This document shows positions 25,689 to 27,836 of a stretch of 27,836 nt of DNA, in pieces. The first letter of the stretch is position 1. Each line of letters opens with the position of its first letter. A program made the position numbers and the translations under genes. Source of the stretch: Rhodothermales bacterium. Its GTDB lineage: Bacteria > Bacteroidota > Rhodothermia > Rhodothermales > VXPQ01. The stretch lies in assembly GCA_040904565.1 (NCBI GenBank), contig JBBDTI010000030.1, positions 22,448 through 50,283 of the forward strand, in the 5' to 3' direction. Below the pieces are notes generated by a model. That model searched no databases. It saw only the letters and a list, made by a program, of their open reading frames with translations, and had not been told where the DNA came from.

Positions 25689-27071
25689 TCACCGAATCAG
25701 GAGGAGTGCATGGGTTTCCGCCCGGTCGCCCGCCTGCAAGCGAGACACATAGATCCCGCTAGAGAGACCGCCGGCGTCGAAGGCAACGTGATACTCGCCG
25801 GCCTGCTGCTCGCCCTGCACGAGGGTCGTCACGTGACGACCGGCGGCGTCATAGATAGCCAGACTCACGTCGAGGTATGCGGGCAGCGTGTAGCGGATGA
25901 CGGTGCTCGGATTGAAAGGGTTGGGATAGTTCTGCAGCGCATAGAACGACGGGACCTCTTCATCCTGCCTGTCGGCCACGCCGGTCGAGTTCATCGACGG
26001 CGTAATATTCGAGACGAGGAACACCGCATCATTGAAATCGCCACTGGTGCTCAGTTCGGCAGCCATGATGTATGAATGCGGGATCGGTATTCCGACCCCG
26101 TCCGTCGCCGGCCAGAACCGAATGCGGCGGCCGCAGGCCTCGCGACTGCCGGCGCAGTCGTCCAGGGCGTCGCTATTGAGCAATGGATCGGACCATATCG
26201 TATCCTCGGCCACAAATCCGAATGCGGTGGAGGCTGCCGGCGTAAAACCTGTACCCCCCTCGCCTTCCTCCACGCGCGGCAACACCGTCTGCGCGTCCGA
26301 CGCCGCAATCGTAACAATGGATGCGGCAGTGGTCGTGTCGCCGATTTCGTACCAGGACAGGTTGATCGGTTCGGTACAACAGCGGAAGAAGCTGGCGAGC
26401 GCCTGCACGATTACGGGCGTCGAGGGCTCAGCAACCTTCCAGTACGGCGACAGGACCTCCTCGCCGGTCGTCTCAGTTCCTTCCAGGTTATTATTGATGT
26501 GCTCACCCGGAAAGACGATTTGCGTCGAGTAGCCGAAGATGTCTGTCACGATCTGGCTGAGAGGGGGCTCGAGACCGCCCTCAGATACCTTCTGCCAGTA
26601 TCCCACAAAGTCCACCGAAGCCGGTGTCGCGGAGGCGCTGCTGCCGACCGAAAGCGAGCCGGCGTGGAGCCCGCGTCTTTCGCCGCTCAGATCACCGGAT
26701 GCGGCAGTAAACCGGATGTTGATCTCGACGCTGCTTCCCGACAGAACAGCCAGGGGCAGATCGGGCGGGTTCACCAGCTCGAAAGGACCATCAACGACGA
26801 GTGATTCGATCCCCAACCCTTCGCTCCCCATATTCTCGATGCGAATCAAGCCGACGTCATGCACTCCGTTCACCATGGGGGGACGATCGACGCTTCCGAT
26901 GCGACTGAAGACGAGGCGGCCGGGAAAGGGGACGTGATCGCCGTTCACGACGGAAAGGCTACTGCTCTGTGCCAGTACAGGTGCGCCCATCCCGAGCGCC
27001 GCCATCGAGACGATGAGTACGGGAAGAACGGAATGTATGTGTCGGACTGAAAAGTGTGCTGGGCGCTTCAT
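25689..27071 (-). CDS. Secreted protein: signal peptide, Ig-like (ASH/choice-of-anchor-like) domain, uncharacterised core, T9SS type A C-terminal sorting domain
   Basis: Signal peptide ending ...APVLA/Q, IENMGSEGLGIESL Ig-like strand pattern, and C-terminal ALQNYPNPFNPSTVIRYTLP...AIYDAAGRHV...GLSSGIYVSRL. Confidence 0.88.
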   Translation of the reverse strand: MKRPAHFSVRHIHSVLPVLIVSMAALGMGAPVLAQSSSLSVVNGDHVPFPGRLVFSRIGSVDRPPMVNGVHDVGLIRIENMGSEGLGIESLVVDGPFELVNPPDLPLAVLSGSSVEINIRFTAASGDLSGERRGLHAGSLSVGSSASATPASVDFVGYWQKVSEGGLEPPLSQIVTDIFGYSTQIVFPGEHINNNLEGTETTGEEVLSPYWKVAEPSTPVIVQALASFFRCCTEPINLSWYEIGDTTTAASIVTIAASDAQTVLPRVEEGEGGTGFTPAASTAFGFVAEDTIWSDPLLNSDALDDCAGSREACGRRIRFWPATDGVGIPIPHSYIMAAELSTSGDFNDAVFLVSNITPSMNSTGVADRQDEEVPSFYALQNYPNPFNPSTVIRYTLPAYLDVSLAIYDAAGRHVTTLVQGEQQAGEYHVAFDAGGLSSGIYVSRLQAGDRAETHALLLIR

Positions 27072-27577
27072 AAGGACATCCGTTGTCTGTGGTGGGTAAT
27101 CTGACTACTTTATCGTAGCGTCGTGACGGGATTGCTGAATATGGAGACGCGATGTCGAGCGGCCGACGGGCTGCGGATCACGTATGAAGTCACGGGGTCC
27201 GTGCCTCAGACGACGCACGGCGGCACGGCTGCCAGCCAAGTACAAATGCGCGGCCCGGCGCCGAGAGAAGTGCGTGATATGGTCCTGTAGCATGGCGTAC
27301 GGTAGATCGTCTCCTGCGTACTACCTGGTCGTTGCGTATCCATGGCCATACGGAAGCCGCAGGAAAGACGTACTTTGACGTGGAAAACCATATCCTCTCG
27401 TACACACCCACGAGCTTTGGCAAGCAGGTCATTGCCGTTTATCACGGACATGTCAAGGGCGGTTTCCAAATGGCAGCTAACCCCTATATGTGCAAGGGGC
27501 AATGAGAAGATCTTCGCTGCGAGAAAAGTGCCCGTTCCCGGAAGGCGAAAAATATCCAGGTTCTTCAGGCGAATTCG

Positions 27578-27606
27578 TTGAAATGCAGCTTCAGAATTAT
27601 TACAAT
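27578..27606 (+). promoter_or_regulatory. Near-consensus sigma70-type promoter TTGAAA-N17-TACAAT, pointing out of the window
   Basis: -35 TTGAAA at 27578-27583 (5/6), 17-nt spacer, -10 TACAAT at 27601-27606 (5/6), inside an AT-rich patch of a 765-nt gene-free region. Confidence 0.65.
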
Positions 27607-27836
27607 GTTGTCGCAATATGCGGCGTGTCTACGGCCAGCAAGCGTTCGTGGCCTTAGACCCGAGCTTGTTAGAAGACGAATCGTTCTTAGATGAACCATG
27701 GAGGACGATGTGTGGCCGGGCGACTTCGTCGCTTCCGCCGCTGACGTGATTGAACGTTGCTAGTTGTACGCGGTCCCTCTTGCGGGACCGAACGGGCGTG
27801 TCGCTTATCCACCTCTATCTGATGCGGCCCGATTGT

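Noticed and set aside
3600-27438. Shared AGG-N6-CC(G/T) boxes in several intergenic regions (3600, 21891, 27425)
   Set aside because: The motif is so degenerate that a few hits are expected by chance in about 2.4 kb of intergenic DNA.
27451-27456. Perfect TTGACA on the minus strand as the promoter of the T9SS/sulfate arm
   Set aside because: There is no credible -10 hexamer at 16-18 nt spacing.
27803-27836. CTTATC...GGCCCGAT resembling the 5' end of a SAM-I riboswitch near sulfur genes
   Set aside because: The intervening sequence lacks the AGAG and GAGGGA kink-turn elements, and it points away from the sulfate genes.
1-27836. CRISPR arrays, tRNA/rRNA, transposases, integrases, defence genes
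   Set aside because: No repeat-spacer periodicity, RNA-gene signatures or matching protein motifs were seen.

Overview
High-GC bacterial window, probably Rhodothermota or a related FCB lineage (inferred from a type IX secretion C-terminal domain at high GC). It is almost entirely a surface-glycan locus in two convergent arms. The left arm (+) has a truncated GT9 heptosyltransferase-like gene, gmhA and hldE, then an inverted gmhB. A tight operon follows: six GT2 glycosyltransferases (one fused to a methyltransferase), Wzm/Wzt ABC export, a polysaccharide deacetylase, a pyruvyltransferase-like protein, a Gfo/Idh/MocA oxidoreductase and an NAD-dependent epimerase. The right arm (-) has a T9SS-secreted protein, an SLC13/TrkA-C permease, a bifunctional Sat-CysC (PAPS synthase) and a WbaP-type initiating transferase. 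Where the arms meet are an orphan NarL-type regulator and two unannotated genes that look like a highly divergent sigma factor and a cysteine-less anti-sigma-like partner; this pair is the best candidate for an undescribed system. Other leads are an Arg-5 STT-type motif in HldE (possible CDP/UDP-heptose synthesis), a LecB/DUF4114-like Ca2+ loop in the secreted protein, and a near-consensus sigma70 promoter with a hairpin-rich leader at the right edge. No rRNA, tRNA, CRISPR or mobile element was seen. All calls come from motif recognition by eye, with no database searches.
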